47,140 bases of DNA from Candidatus Saccharimonadota bacterium (GTDB lineage: Bacteria > Patescibacteriota > Saccharimonadia > Saccharimonadales > EFPC-124): assembly GCA_016880595.1 (NCBI GenBank), contig JAEHDC010000018.1:1-47140 (forward strand), in the 5' to 3' direction. Below the pieces are notes generated by a model. The model was given only the letters and a program-made list of their open reading frames with translations, searched no databases and had not been told where the DNA came from. The translations under genes and the position numbers were made by a program. Shown one piece after another: positions 25,581 through 35,227 of this stretch. How positions within the stretch are numbered: the first letter of the stretch is position 1; every line of letters begins with the position of its first letter.

Positions 25581-25889
25581 AGCCGTCTCCCCTCTATTTA
25601 AATTTTGTTTTTGTTTGCAACTTAAGCAAAACATCCACACAACACCTTCGCCCACCTCTGGCAAGATATGTCGCAGGAACTGCTCCACCAGCACTTGCTA
25701 CTTCTTTTGTACATCAACTCAAAGCAGTTTGCAAGCTTGCTTAAAACTGTTTATCTATTTCTCAATCAATAATTCTGCCAGCATTTTTAAGATAGCTTAA
25801 GGGGTTCGAGCTTTATGTGTAAAAAGTTACTTGACAGCAAATATGACCCTGTTTTAATATTCACAACTTTTTTGAGCAAGCGGATAAGA

Positions 25890-27086
25890 TTAATCGTCAG
25901 ATTTTTTATTACGTCTTCGCATAAATGCTGGCATATCAGCCTCGTCATCGTAATGCCAAATATTACTCGATTTTTCTTTTTCTTCTTTGACAAAACTATC
26001 TTTGCTACCGTCATTTTTATCCAAGTCCATATCAAAACTTGAGATTTCTTCGTCTTTTACCTCTGGCTCGTCAGGCTTTACGTCGTCAACAGAAAGCGCA
26101 CTATTACCAATACTCTTGCTGTGGAAGTAAGCTGAATCAAAACCTGTTGCAATGACCGTTATAATTAGCTCGTCCTCCATCTCCGGCTTTAAGGTCGCAC
26201 CAAAAATGATGTTGGCATCTGGCGCTACGGCACTTGTAATAACTTCAGCGGCTTCATTAATTTCATGCATCGACATGTCATAGCCACCAGTAATATTGAA
26301 CAGTACGCCACGCGCTCCATCTATAGAAACCTCCAGAAGTGGAGACTCTATTGCTTGCTGAGCCGCCAAAACCGCGCGATTTTCACCACTAGCTCGGCCA
26401 ATACCCATCAAAGCCGATCCGGCATTAGCCATAATCGTTTTTACATCAGCAAAATCAAGGTTGATTAGACCATGTTCAGTAATAAGCTCAGAGATTCCTT
26501 GTACGCCTTGACGCAAAACATCGTCCGCAATCTTAAAGGTTTCAAGCAGCGGCGTGCGGCGATCAATTGTCTGTAATAACCGATCGTTAGGAATTGTGAT
26601 GAGCGTGTCAACCTGTTGGCCCAATTTTGCGATTGCCCACTCAGCATTTTGACGGCGTTTCTCGCCCTCAAAGCTAAAAGGCTTAGTAACCACGCCAACG
26701 CTCAAAATTCCCAGTTCTCTAGCCATCTCAGCAACAACAGGACCAGCACCACTACCGGTTCCGCCGCCGGCACCCAGAGTGATAAACACTAAATCAGCAC
26801 CTTCTAGGCTTTTACGAATTTCATCTTTTGTTTCTTCTGCAGCTCTTTGACCGACGGCCGGATCGGCACCGGCGCCAAGACCACGAGTCGTATCCTTACC
26901 AATATGAATTTTTGTATTGGCTTTAGAATTATGCAAGGCTTGCGCATCTGTATTGACCGCAATAAAATGCACGCCTTGTAGACTAGAATCGGCCATGCGG
27001 TTTACGGCTGCTCCACCGGCACCACCAACACCCGCTACTTTTATAGTTGCGAATGTTTGGATATCAGCTGGTTTGACTTCAGGCAT
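25890..27086 (-). CDS. ftsZ: Cell division protein FtsZ
   Basis: Tubulin signature [13 protein letters not shown] is present, and the C-terminal peptide reads DMPAFMRRR. Confidence 0.95.
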   Translation of the reverse strand: MPEVKPADIQTFATIKVAGVGGAGGAAVNRMADSSLQGVHFIAVNTDAQALHNSKANTKIHIGKDTTRGLGAGADPAVGQRAAEETKDEIRKSLEGADLVFITLGAGGGTGSGAGPVVAEMARELGILSVGVVTKPFSFEGEKRRQNAEWAIAKLGQQVDTLITIPNDRLLQTIDRRTPLLETFKIADDVLRQGVQGISELITEHGLINLDFADVKTIMANAGSALMGIGRASGENRAVLAAQQAIESPLLEVSIDGARGVLFNITGGYDMSMHEINEAAEVITSAVAPDANIIFGATLKPEMEDELIITVIATGFDSAYFHSKSIGNSALSVDDVKPDEPEVKDEEISSFDMDLDKNDGSKDSFVKEEKEKSSNIWHYDDEADMPAFMRRRNKKSDD

Positions 27087-27116
27087 TGTGTTATGTCCCC
27101 CATTTCGTTCACATTT

Positions 27117-27145
27117 AGTATACAGCCATTTTCGATTTGTACCAA
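27117..27145 (-). promoter_or_regulatory. Internal promoter TTGGTA-17-TATACT upstream of ftsZ
   Basis: It lies in the ftsA-ftsZ spacer, and a GGGGGA SD follows. Confidence 0.45.
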
Positions 27146-27183
27146 ATGCTCGCGTGCCAAAATCTCACCGAACACAATTATTG

Positions 27184-28446
27184 TTACGTTTTAAAGCGCT
27201 CCAACAGATTGCCTGCACGCTTGAACAATTTCCCAAACTGTTGTGATTTTTCTTTGGATTTTGTGGCATTTCTTATCTTATTTTTAGTAATAGCCATTTC
27301 TGCAGTCTCTAAATCAGCCAGCATGAGGCCAAGCGCGGCGGCAAATTCTGGCTTGGCAATCTTATCATTCATTCCGCTAAAACCATTGAGGCTAGCAATT
27401 CTTACTGGTAAGCGAAGCTTGTCTTTTACAAAGTGAGCTAAATTTTTTAGATTAGCACCACCTCCGGTCAGAACAATTCCGCCAGGAAGCTTTCCGGAAC
27501 GATCAATACTAGCCAGTTCTTTATCTACCAGCTCAAAAATTTCATCCAACCGAGCGTCCACAACCATTTCTATATCTTTGCGGCTAAACTCAAATTTTTC
27601 ATCGCCGCGCTTGCACTCAACTGATTTTGGTGCATTTTTTCCCAAAGAAATGGCCGAGGCATGTTCGAGTTTTATAATTTCAGCAACATCAAGGTCAGTA
27701 CGCAAGCCGATTGCCAGATCGTTAGTAATATTTACACTACCCAATGGCAGCACCGCAACGTGCTGCAAATCGCCTTCTTCATAAACAACAATACTCGTGG
27801 TAGTTCCGCCAAAATCAACAACCGCAACGCCATTCTCCATCTGCTGAGGAGTTAAAACGGCTTTTGCAGAAGCCAGGCCGGCAACCATAACTTGGTTAAC
27901 TCCAGTTTGAGTCATTTCGAGGCTTTTAAGAAGATTCTTGACATTAGGGCTGAATGCCGTAATAACGTGCGCATCAACCTCTAATCGAATACCGCTCAGT
28001 CCAAGCGGATCCTTAATATTTTCTTGACCGTCTAACTCGTAGCTGCGCGCGGTAACCTGCAAAATTTCGCGATTTGCCGGTAACTGTAGCACTGTCGCAG
28101 CGTCCTGAGCGCGTGCAATATCATCTTCGGCAATCTCATGATTTTGCGAGTTTACGGCCACAACGCCTTTAGACGACATCGCCATAATATGCGAGCCGTT
28201 AACGTCTACGCTAACGCCCTCAACATGGTGACCGCTCATTCTTTCCGCTTCATCCAAAGCTTTATCAATAGCGTGAGCAGTACCTGTAATATTAACAACT
28301 ACGCCCTTGCGCATTCCGGCGTTCTGTGCTTCGCCAACTCCAACAATAGTTGCCGATTGGTTGGCACCATCAAAGTGACCAATCACACAACGAACATGCG
28401 TGGTGCCGATATCTAGGCCAACACCATAGCGTAAAGATTCTTGCAT
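27184..28446 (-). CDS. ftsA: Cell division protein FtsA
   Basis: Actin-fold motifs VGLDIGTTHVRCVIG and DFGGTTTSIVVY are present. The C-terminal amphipathic helix is FGKLFKRAGNLLERF. The gene lies directly upstream of ftsZ. Confidence 0.92.
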   Translation of the reverse strand: MQESLRYGVGLDIGTTHVRCVIGHFDGANQSATIVGVGEAQNAGMRKGVVVNITGTAHAIDKALDEAERMSGHHVEGVSVDVNGSHIMAMSSKGVVAVNSQNHEIAEDDIARAQDAATVLQLPANREILQVTARSYELDGQENIKDPLGLSGIRLEVDAHVITAFSPNVKNLLKSLEMTQTGVNQVMVAGLASAKAVLTPQQMENGVAVVDFGGTTTSIVVYEEGDLQHVAVLPLGSVNITNDLAIGLRTDLDVAEIIKLEHASAISLGKNAPKSVECKRGDEKFEFSRKDIEMVVDARLDEIFELVDKELASIDRSGKLPGGIVLTGGGANLKNLAHFVKDKLRLPVRIASLNGFSGMNDKIAKPEFAAALGLMLADLETAEMAITKNKIRNATKSKEKSQQFGKLFKRAGNLLERFKT

Positions 28447-28453
28447 ATTTTAT

Positions 28454-28483
28454 AGTATAACGTTTATGCTTGGTCTTATGCAA
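28454..28483 (-). promoter_or_regulatory. Promoter TTGCAT-18-TATACT, 7 nt upstream of the ftsA ATG
   Basis: The minus strand reads TTGCATaagaccaagcataaacgtTATACTataaaatATG. No SD is present. Confidence 0.45.
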
Positions 28484-28491
28484 ATATTAAC

Positions 28492-29247
28492 TTAGTTTTC
28501 CCACGCGGTTAAAATCTCATAGCCGTTTCTCGTGATTAAAACTGTGTGTTCAAAATGGGCTGACAAAGATCCATCAATTGTACGAATTGTCCAACCATCT
28601 GAGTCCATTTTTACGCGGTAGCCACCCAAAGTAGACATCGGCTCTATCGCAATTGTCATGCCAGCCTTTAGCAGGGGTCCCTTGCCGACCATACCATAAT
28701 TTGGGATATTTGGATCTTCATGGACTTCATGACCCACGCCATGTCCAACAAGCTCGCGCACAATTCCCAAATTATGTTGGTCAAGAACTCTTTGAATGGC
28801 AGCAGAGATATCGCCAACCCTAACGCCATCCTTTACTTTTTCGATGCCTGCATAAAGCGACTGCTCTGTTGCCTTTAAAAACTGCTTTTTGGTTTTGGCG
28901 GATTTGCCAACAACCATAGAAAAGGCGCTATCCGTAATCATGCCTTTATATTTAACGCCAAAATCAAAACCTACAACATCGCCTTCATTAAATTGACGGC
29001 CGTTTGGTATTCCATGGACAACTTCGTCATTTACAGAAATGCAAATCGCATGAGGGTAGCCCATATAACCCTTAAACGGGCCAGTTGCGCTGCGTTTCTT
29101 TAACTCTTCATCTACAAAATCAGAAATTTCCAAACCTGTCATTCCGGGCCTTGTAATTTCTTTTACTTTTTTAAGGATTGAAGCCAAAATCCTTCCGCTC
29201 TCGCGCATATTCTCTATTTCATTTGGAGTTTTTACACGAGTGAACAT
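28492..29247 (-). CDS. map: Methionine aminopeptidase type I
   Basis: Contains VHGIPN, DSAFSMVVG, GHGVGHEVHEDP and FEHTVLIT. Confidence 0.95.
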   Translation of the reverse strand: MFTRVKTPNEIENMRESGRILASILKKVKEITRPGMTGLEISDFVDEELKKRSATGPFKGYMGYPHAICISVNDEVVHGIPNGRQFNEGDVVGFDFGVKYKGMITDSAFSMVVGKSAKTKKQFLKATEQSLYAGIEKVKDGVRVGDISAAIQRVLDQHNLGIVRELVGHGVGHEVHEDPNIPNYGMVGKGPLLKAGMTIAIEPMSTLGGYRVKMDSDGWTIRTIDGSLSAHFEHTVLITRNGYEILTAWEN

Positions 29248-29777
29248 GCTTCCAGCTCTGCCTCAACACGATCGTGAACCTGGCCGACCGTACCGGTGCC
29301 GTCAATATGTATTATGCGAATCTTATTTTGGTTTAGATAGTCCAAAATTGGATACATTCTATCACGAAAGATATGGAGACGATCTTTAATTGTTTCTGGA
29401 GTATCGTCAATTCGGCCTCGCAAGCTTAAGCGACGCAGAACTTCTGATTCCGGAACCTCCAAAACTACGACCAGCTCAATAGAACGGTTGCATAATGATA
29501 AATTATCCATCAGCCACTCAGCCTGCGACAACTCTCGTGGATATCCATCCAACACGACGCGGGAAATTCCTTCCGAGCGCTGCAAAGCGTCTATTAACAC
29601 TTTATTAGTAGTTTCATCGTCAATCAATTCGCCGGATGTCATTTTTTTAAGTACATCTGCATCATGAGTATCACGCAAAAGCTGACCAGTAGATAACCAT
29701 CTCCAGCCGTGACGAGCAGCTAAAATTTGCCCCTGCACACTCTTACCTGCGCCGACTGGGCCAAAAAAAATAATCAT
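29232..29777 (-). CDS. adk: Adenylate kinase (short LID, no zinc knuckle)
   Basis: P-loop FFGPVGAGKSVQG, VLDGYPR and RGRIDDTPETIKDRL are present. Confidence 0.85.
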   Translation of the reverse strand: MIIFFGPVGAGKSVQGQILAARHGWRWLSTGQLLRDTHDADVLKKMTSGELIDDETTNKVLIDALQRSEGISRVVLDGYPRELSQAEWLMDNLSLCNRSIELVVVLEVPESEVLRRLSLRGRIDDTPETIKDRLHIFRDRMYPILDYLNQNKIRIIHIDGTGTVGQVHDRVEAELEACSLV

Positions 29778-29781
29778 ATTT

Positions 29782-30225
29782 TTATCCTAACTTTGATTTT
29801 ACCGCAGCGGCGATGCGACCGCCGTCTGCCGATGTGCCAACTTTAGCTTTGACAGCCGAAATAATTACACCAAAATGAACATCTTTACCTTGTTCTGCGA
29901 TAACCGAATCAACAACAGCTGCGAGTTCGTCTTCAGTTAACTGTTTTGGCAAAAACTCTTCAAATATAGATTTCTCTTCTAATTCGGCGTCAGCGCGATC
30001 TTGCCGGCCTGCTTTAGCATATATATTTGCAGCTTCTAAACGTTTTTTTACTTCGCGAGCAAGAACACCTTGAATTTGCTCATCACTTAAACCTTTGTCT
30101 CTTAGAAGTAAGGCTACTTCCTCCGAGAGAATAGCAGCTTTCATGCTGCGCAGAACTTCAACGCGGCGTTTATCCCCGTTAAGCATAGCGTCTTTAATAT
30201 TATTAGCAAGACGCTCTTTTATCAT
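29782..30225 (-). CDS. yqeY: GatB/YqeY-domain protein
   Basis: IKERLANNIKDAMLNGDKRRVEVLRSMKAAILSEEV is typical of YqeY. The gene follows rpsU as in Firmicutes, with a TAATG stop/start overlap. Confidence 0.85.
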   Translation of the reverse strand: MIKERLANNIKDAMLNGDKRRVEVLRSMKAAILSEEVALLLRDKGLSDEQIQGVLAREVKKRLEAANIYAKAGRQDRADAELEEKSIFEEFLPKQLTEDELAAVVDSVIAEQGKDVHFGVIISAVKAKVGTSADGGRIAAAVKSKLG

Positions 30226-30440
30226 TAACGTATACCCAAACGAATTCGCTTAAGTTTATCTGCTTTGCGAGCTCTACGGATAATTGCGCGCTCACGTCGG
30301 TCACGCTTGCTCAAAGGCTTTGTAAAATATTGAAGCGCCTTTACGCGAGGAATAATGCCAGACTGTAGCATCTTGCGATTGAACCTACGGATGAGGTTCT
30401 CGTCAGCCTCCTGACTGTCTTTACGAGTAACTTGAATCAT
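30225..30440 (-). CDS. rpsU: 30S ribosomal protein S21
   Basis: The 71-aa basic protein reads RRFNRKMLQSGIIPRVKALQYFTKPLSKRDRRERAIIRRARK. Confidence 0.9.
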   Translation of the reverse strand: MIQVTRKDSQEADENLIRRFNRKMLQSGIIPRVKALQYFTKPLSKRDRRERAIIRRARKADKLKRIRLGIR

Positions 30441-30448
30441 ATGCTTCT

Positions 30449-30477
30449 ACTTTACCAAAACAGAGGCCAATTTGCAA
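30449..30477 (-). promoter_or_regulatory. Promoter TTGCAA-17-(TGg)TAAAGT, 8 nt upstream of the rpsU ATG
   Basis: The -35 lies at 30472-30477 and the -10 at 30449-30454, with TG at 30456-30457. No SD is present. Confidence 0.5.
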
Positions 30478-30481
30478 GCAC

Positions 30482-32119
30482 TTAATTCAAACTAATTAAT
30501 TTTATAAGCCGCCCTTCATATTTTTTTATACCATGCCACTCATTTTCTAGTAACGTAAACCAAATAGCCACCTCTTCACCAGCGCTTTGCTTAAACAGTT
30601 CTGCCTTACCAAAACCAATTAAACTCATTTCTTTTCCTTCAGAGTCACAAACTTCAAGCTTAAGATGACTGCCGTCTTTACCAATTTCGCGGCGATTTTT
30701 GATTGTTGCACGCTGTAAATAAAAAATTGGCTCTGGATTGCCATGACCAAATGGCTCAAGCGTATTCAAGAAAATAGCGAGCTCCTCGTTAAAATCATCC
30801 ACAGAATTTGTTGCGGCATCTGCGTGCGGTTCAAGATAAACAGATTGATCTTTAAAATTTTGAGATTTATAAAAAATGTTAACGGCCTCTCTAAATTTAG
30901 AGATATCGCAGGTTTTCAGAGTAATACCAGCCGCGAGCTTATGACCACCACCTCTTATGAGCCATTCATCAGCAGCCCGTATCGCTTCAACTGCGCTAAA
31001 ATCTCCAAAACTACGCGCCGATCCTTTGGCTTCATCGTCAATTTCCTCAATGACAAACGTGGGTTTGCTAAATTTTTCTAGCAACTTCGCTGCTACAATC
31101 CCGATAACACCGTGTGACCATTTTTTACCGCTCAGAACCAAAACTGGATCATCGGAAAACTTTTCCGCCTGCTCGCATGCCTCCTTAAAAATTCTATCTT
31201 GAATCTGCCGACGCTCAGAGTTCATATCATGTAGCTTATTGGCAATTTCTAGCGCCCTTAGCGGATCTTCTTCAAGTAATAAATCTAGGCTATGCTTGGC
31301 GGTCTCCAACCTTCCTGCGGCGTTTAAATGAGGACCAATTACAAAACCAAGCGTGCGCGAGTTTATTTTCTCTAAATCAACGCCTGTAACATGTAAAATA
31401 GCCTTTAGACCTGGACGACGTGTTTTTTTAAGAACTTGCAATCCCCAAAAAACATTTGTGCGATTTTCATCAAGAAGCGTTACAACATCACAAACAGTCC
31501 CAAAAGCCACCAAGTCTAGCAACCACTTCTCTTGACCAACATCCAGACCATCTAATCTCGTCTGCAATGCCTGTACAAGTTTAAAAGCTACACCACAGCC
31601 AGCCAAATCCGTAAAGGGGTAATTGTGGTCGGGGCGCTTTGGATTAACCACTGCAATGGCTGGCGGCATAGTTTTAGAAACGCTATGGTGATCCGTTACT
31701 ATAACATCCATCCCCAACCTATTAGCCGATTCAATCTCTTCATGACTCAAGCTGCCACAATCAACCGTCACTATTAACTGTGCGTCTTCTTTAGACAACA
31801 TCTTAATTGCATCAATGCTCAAACCATAACCATCTGTAAAACGATTAGGTACATAGGCATTACACCTTAACCCAAACCTTTTAAAAGCGTCCAGCAATAT
31901 GGCAGTCGCGGTCAATCCATCTATATCGTAATCACCATAGATGTAAACAGATTCATTGTTATTCTTGGCCTGTATCAAACGATTAACAGCTTTAGCCATA
32001 TCCGGCAGCAAGAAAGCGTCATACCTGTTCAGATCATAGTTTGGGTTACAAAAGGTCAAACGTTTTTCAGCATCTTTAATACCCCTGCTCTCCAATATTT
32101 GATCAATGACCCCCGGCAT
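30482..32119 (-). CDS. recJ: Single-stranded-DNA-specific exonuclease RecJ
   Basis: DHH-family motifs YGDYDIDGLT, VTVDCGS and VIVTDHH are present, plus the DHHA1 motif GGGHKLAAG. Confidence 0.9.
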   Translation of the reverse strand: MPGVIDQILESRGIKDAEKRLTFCNPNYDLNRYDAFLLPDMAKAVNRLIQAKNNNESVYIYGDYDIDGLTATAILLDAFKRFGLRCNAYVPNRFTDGYGLSIDAIKMLSKEDAQLIVTVDCGSLSHEEIESANRLGMDVIVTDHHSVSKTMPPAIAVVNPKRPDHNYPFTDLAGCGVAFKLVQALQTRLDGLDVGQEKWLLDLVAFGTVCDVVTLLDENRTNVFWGLQVLKKTRRPGLKAILHVTGVDLEKINSRTLGFVIGPHLNAAGRLETAKHSLDLLLEEDPLRALEIANKLHDMNSERRQIQDRIFKEACEQAEKFSDDPVLVLSGKKWSHGVIGIVAAKLLEKFSKPTFVIEEIDDEAKGSARSFGDFSAVEAIRAADEWLIRGGGHKLAAGITLKTCDISKFREAVNIFYKSQNFKDQSVYLEPHADAATNSVDDFNEELAIFLNTLEPFGHGNPEPIFYLQRATIKNRREIGKDGSHLKLEVCDSEGKEMSLIGFGKAELFKQSAGEEVAIWFTLLENEWHGIKKYEGRLIKLISLN

Positions 32120-32140
32120 GGCTACATTTACATCTGTCTT

Positions 32141-32437
32141 TTAAGATTCGCGTTTTGCTTTAGAGCTATTCTGCTGCGACTTAAGAACGATGCTCTGTAA
32201 TTCTTTAAAAATAATAAATTGCTTGTTTGTAGAGTAAATCTTGGTATTGCCTTGTTTTTCTGCTCGCAAGAAACCAACTCTCTCGAGGCGTTTTAGTTCA
32301 CGCTGAATGTTGCCCGGATCTTCTTTGATAAGCTTGGCTAGGCCGCGTACATGTGTACGAAAATCTGGATATTTAGCATAGACCACAATAATCTTGCGGC
32401 GTACTCTTGATGTTATAAATACGTCTAAACCGTACAT
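32141..32437 (-). CDS. Small winged-helix DNA-binding protein
   Basis: THVRGLAKLIKEDPGNIQRELKRLERVGFLRAEKQGNTKIY fits an HTH followed by a wing. GAGGTGA SD upstream. Confidence 0.6.
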   Translation of the reverse strand: MYGLDVFITSRVRRKIIVVYAKYPDFRTHVRGLAKLIKEDPGNIQRELKRLERVGFLRAEKQGNTKIYSTNKQFIIFKELQSIVLKSQQNSSKAKRES

Positions 32438-32535
32438 CTTTCTAAATCACCTCACTCAGTTGTTAGTTACATAAAGTAGGATTATGAGTCGTTGATAATA
32501 ATTCTACACCTTAAAAAGCTATAAATCAATTAATT

Positions 32536-33189
32536 TTAGATCCAATTCAAAATATTGTTATTTATTATACTTATAGCTTGTTCGTGAGTTGGTATATCAT
32601 TAACATCATAATAGTGCGCTGTTTCTATATAATTATCAGTAACATTAAGGCAATGTAGCTCGTCAGCGAGAATGTGCATTCTGTCCACTGCCGCGACTGC
32701 CGCAACAGGGGTGACAATTATTAGACGATTAATCTTAATTGGTTTTAAAAAATCAGCGATAGCCTCAAGATAGGTGCTATCCCTTAAGCCATCAGATACC
32801 ACTATAACAACATGCTCTTTTAGCATCTCAACATCAAGCGCGCCACCGTTAATCATGAGTCTATTTAGCCGCTGCGTCTTCTCTCTTCTTTGGTCATCAA
32901 TGTAATTATGAAATTCGCTATAATAATCCTCCGCCTGGCCTTCTGTGAGCTCTTTACTATAAACAAATCCCCCACCCTGACTGACTGTGCCTACCGAAAC
33001 ATTCTCGCCCGGTATAGCGACATCCTCTGTTAAAAACATTCCTAATGTGCAATGAAGCCTCTGAGCAATTGGCGCACCAACCACGACAGCTCCTTGGCCA
33101 AGCGCAATAATCGCTGAATTTTCGTAGCGATACTGCATAAGCCGCCCTGCCAAGATCTCACCAGCTTCTGTTCGTGAATGAAAATACAT
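32536..33189 (-). CDS. Phosphoribosyltransferase-like protein with degenerate PRPP-binding motifs
   Basis: The overall pattern F..R.EAG..LA..L resembles predicted PRTases (COG1926-type). IALGQGAVVVG replaces the usual L.RGG.PV, and VVSDGLRDSTY replaces V.DDG.ATG.T. Confidence 0.6.
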   Translation of the reverse strand: MYFHSRTEAGEILAGRLMQYRYENSAIIALGQGAVVVGAPIAQRLHCTLGMFLTEDVAIPGENVSVGTVSQGGGFVYSKELTEGQAEDYYSEFHNYIDDQRREKTQRLNRLMINGGALDVEMLKEHVVIVVSDGLRDSTYLEAIADFLKPIKINRLIIVTPVAAVAAVDRMHILADELHCLNVTDNYIETAHYYDVNDIPTHEQAISIINNNILNWI

Positions 33190-33197
33190 ATGCTTAC

Positions 33198-33203
33198 AGT
33201 TTA
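33198..33203 (-). promoter_or_regulatory. -10-like TAAACT 8 nt upstream of ATG 33189
   Basis: The minus strand reads gaatTAAACTgtaagcatATG. No SD is present. Confidence 0.3.
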
Positions 33204-33260
33204 ATTCAAACTCATCAAGTTGGCTAGCGCGAATCCTATCTTAAATGTATATTATTTAGA

Positions 33261-35192
33261 GTGAAATACTACTTTTTTATCGCGCCAGCAATTATCATAA
33301 GGAGTTCAGAAAACGCCTATACCTATCATGGCGATAAGTTAGTTAATGTCGGTTCTTTTGTAAAAATTAATATCGGCAAAAGAATAGTTCTTGGAGTAGT
33401 CTTAAAGCAAACTACAAAACCTATTTTTGAAACAAAACCTATTTTTGAAATTTTAGATATTCCACCACTGCCAAGCGAACTTTTGCACACAGCTCAATGG
33501 ATTAGTGAATATTACGCCACGCATTTTGCTCTAGTTTTGCAAGCATTGTTACCATCTGGCTTTGACAAAAAAAGACGCTCAACTGATTTTTCCTATGCCC
33601 ATCCTCTTAGAAAAAGAACTAATTTTTTGCTCAATAAAGATCAGCGCGCCGTACTAGATTCTATTTTTAAGAATGTCGGAAGAACTTTTTTGCTACATGG
33701 CATAACTGGCTCCGGCAAAACACAGGTTTACATTGAGGCAATAAAAAACGCTACAAAAGACGGTGGATCTGCTATAATTTTGATCCCAGAAATTTCTTTA
33801 ACGCCACAGCTCGTCGCTGAATTCGCAAACCATTTCAATAATCTCATAGTTACACACTCAAAAATGAATGAATCTAAAAGGCATGCTGCATGGCTCGAGT
33901 CATTAAAAAGCGATCAACAAACAGTTGTGATCGGCCCCAGGTCTGCGCTTTTTATGCCTCTACGGAACATAAAAATTATTATAATCGATGAATGTCATGA
34001 AACAACATATAAACAAAATCAATCACCTAAATATCACGCGCTTAGGGCGGCTAGCATTTTGGCCAAAGCACATAAAGCAACTTTTATAATGGGTAGTGCA
34101 ACGCCAGCAGTCCTTGACTATTATTTAGCACAAAAAAGCCATGCGCAAATACTAGAATTGCCAAAACCAGCCGCCCAAGTAACGCCTGCACGAATAAAGC
34201 TAATAGATTCAAAACTGCGCAATAACTTTACTCATCATCGTTTTCTATCGGATGACCTTTTGCGTATGCTAGAAGAGACTATTGATAAAAAACAACAGGC
34301 TTTATTATTTCACAATCGACGTGGCACCGCCCCAATAACCCTTTGCGAAAACTGTGGCTGGATAGCTCAATGCCCGCACTGTTTCCTGTCTTTGACTATT
34401 CATGCCGATAACCATAAGCTGATATGTCACCTTTGCGGCTACTCATCCAAAATCAGTTCAGATTGTCCCGAATGCCACGAACCAACAATTTTATTCAAAG
34501 GAATCGGAACCAAATTAATCCAATCAGAGATTGAGAAGTTATTTCCACAGGCGAAAATCGCACGTTTTGACGCTGATGTACCCGAGGGTGAATCTATGAA
34601 CAATAAATATCAAGATATATATGATGGCAAAGTTGATATTATTATTGGAACACAAATGCTAGCCAAGGGCTTTGACATTCCAAAATTATCTCTCGTTGGT
34701 ATTATTCAAGCCGATAACGGCTTAATGTTGCCTGATTTTTATTCCGAAGAGCGTATTTTCCAGCTTCTGTGCCAAATTATGGGTCGCGCTGGTCGAAATA
34801 TTCATCAAGGCGAAATTGTCATTCAAACATACCAGCCAGACCACCCAATAATCAAAGATGCCATAGCCAAAGACTATTCAGCTTTTTACGCCAACCAAAT
34901 CGCTAAAAGAAAGCAAAACTCCCTTCCTCCATTCTGTCATCTGCTCAAGCTAACCTGCAGTTTTAAAACCGAATCAGGCGCCATAAACTCATGCAGAAAA
35001 TTAGCCAAAAGTCTACATGAGCAATCAGACATCATCGTTCTTGGACCAACTCCGGCATTTTATGAGCGTCTTGGTGGCGCATATCGCTGGCAATTAGTCA
35101 TCAAAAGCAAAAAACGCGCTAATCTTGTTGAAATCACAAAAGCTCTTCCAAACAACTGGACAGCCGACCTTGATCCTACGAATCTTCTATAG
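33261..35192 (+). CDS. priA: Primosomal replication-restart helicase PriA (GTG start)
   Basis: Walker A GITGSGKTQVY and the DExH box IIIDECHE are present. The Cys-rich zinc region reads CENCGWIAQCPHC...CHLCGY...CPECHE. Confidence 0.9.
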   Translation: MKYYFFIAPAIIIRSSENAYTYHGDKLVNVGSFVKINIGKRIVLGVVLKQTTKPIFETKPIFEILDIPPLPSELLHTAQWISEYYATHFALVLQALLPSGFDKKRRSTDFSYAHPLRKRTNFLLNKDQRAVLDSIFKNVGRTFLLHGITGSGKTQVYIEAIKNATKDGGSAIILIPEISLTPQLVAEFANHFNNLIVTHSKMNESKRHAAWLESLKSDQQTVVIGPRSALFMPLRNIKIIIIDECHETTYKQNQSPKYHALRAASILAKAHKATFIMGSATPAVLDYYLAQKSHAQILELPKPAAQVTPARIKLIDSKLRNNFTHHRFLSDDLLRMLEETIDKKQQALLFHNRRGTAPITLCENCGWIAQCPHCFLSLTIHADNHKLICHLCGYSSKISSDCPECHEPTILFKGIGTKLIQSEIEKLFPQAKIARFDADVPEGESMNNKYQDIYDGKVDIIIGTQMLAKGFDIPKLSLVGIIQADNGLMLPDFYSEERIFQLLCQIMGRAGRNIHQGEIVIQTYQPDHPIIKDAIAKDYSAFYANQIAKRKQNSLPPFCHLLKLTCSFKTESGAINSCRKLAKSLHEQSDIIVLGPTPAFYERLGGAYRWQLVIKSKKRANLVEITKALPNNWTADLDPTNLL

Positions 35193-35212
35193 ATTATTTA
35201 CCGATTTTAGGA

Positions 35213-35218
35213 TATAGT
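35213..35218 (+). promoter_or_regulatory. -10-like TATAGT 9 nt upstream of the def ATG
   Basis: The plus strand reads ggaTATAGTataaataatATG. No SD is present. Confidence 0.35.
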
Positions 35219-35227
35219 ATAAATAAT

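Noticed and set aside
25801-25812. GGGGTTCGAGC, which resembles a tRNA T-loop.
   Set aside because: The flanks cannot form a T-stem or acceptor stem. No tRNA-sized cloverleaf is found in any intergenic region of the window.
25581-25889. A cobalamin riboswitch or NrdR boxes upstream of nrdJ.
   Set aside because: I could not find the B12-box/GCCACUG core or tandem 16-bp NrdR palindromes. GCCAGAGGUGGGC is only a loose resemblance. A covariance-model scan is needed to exclude them.
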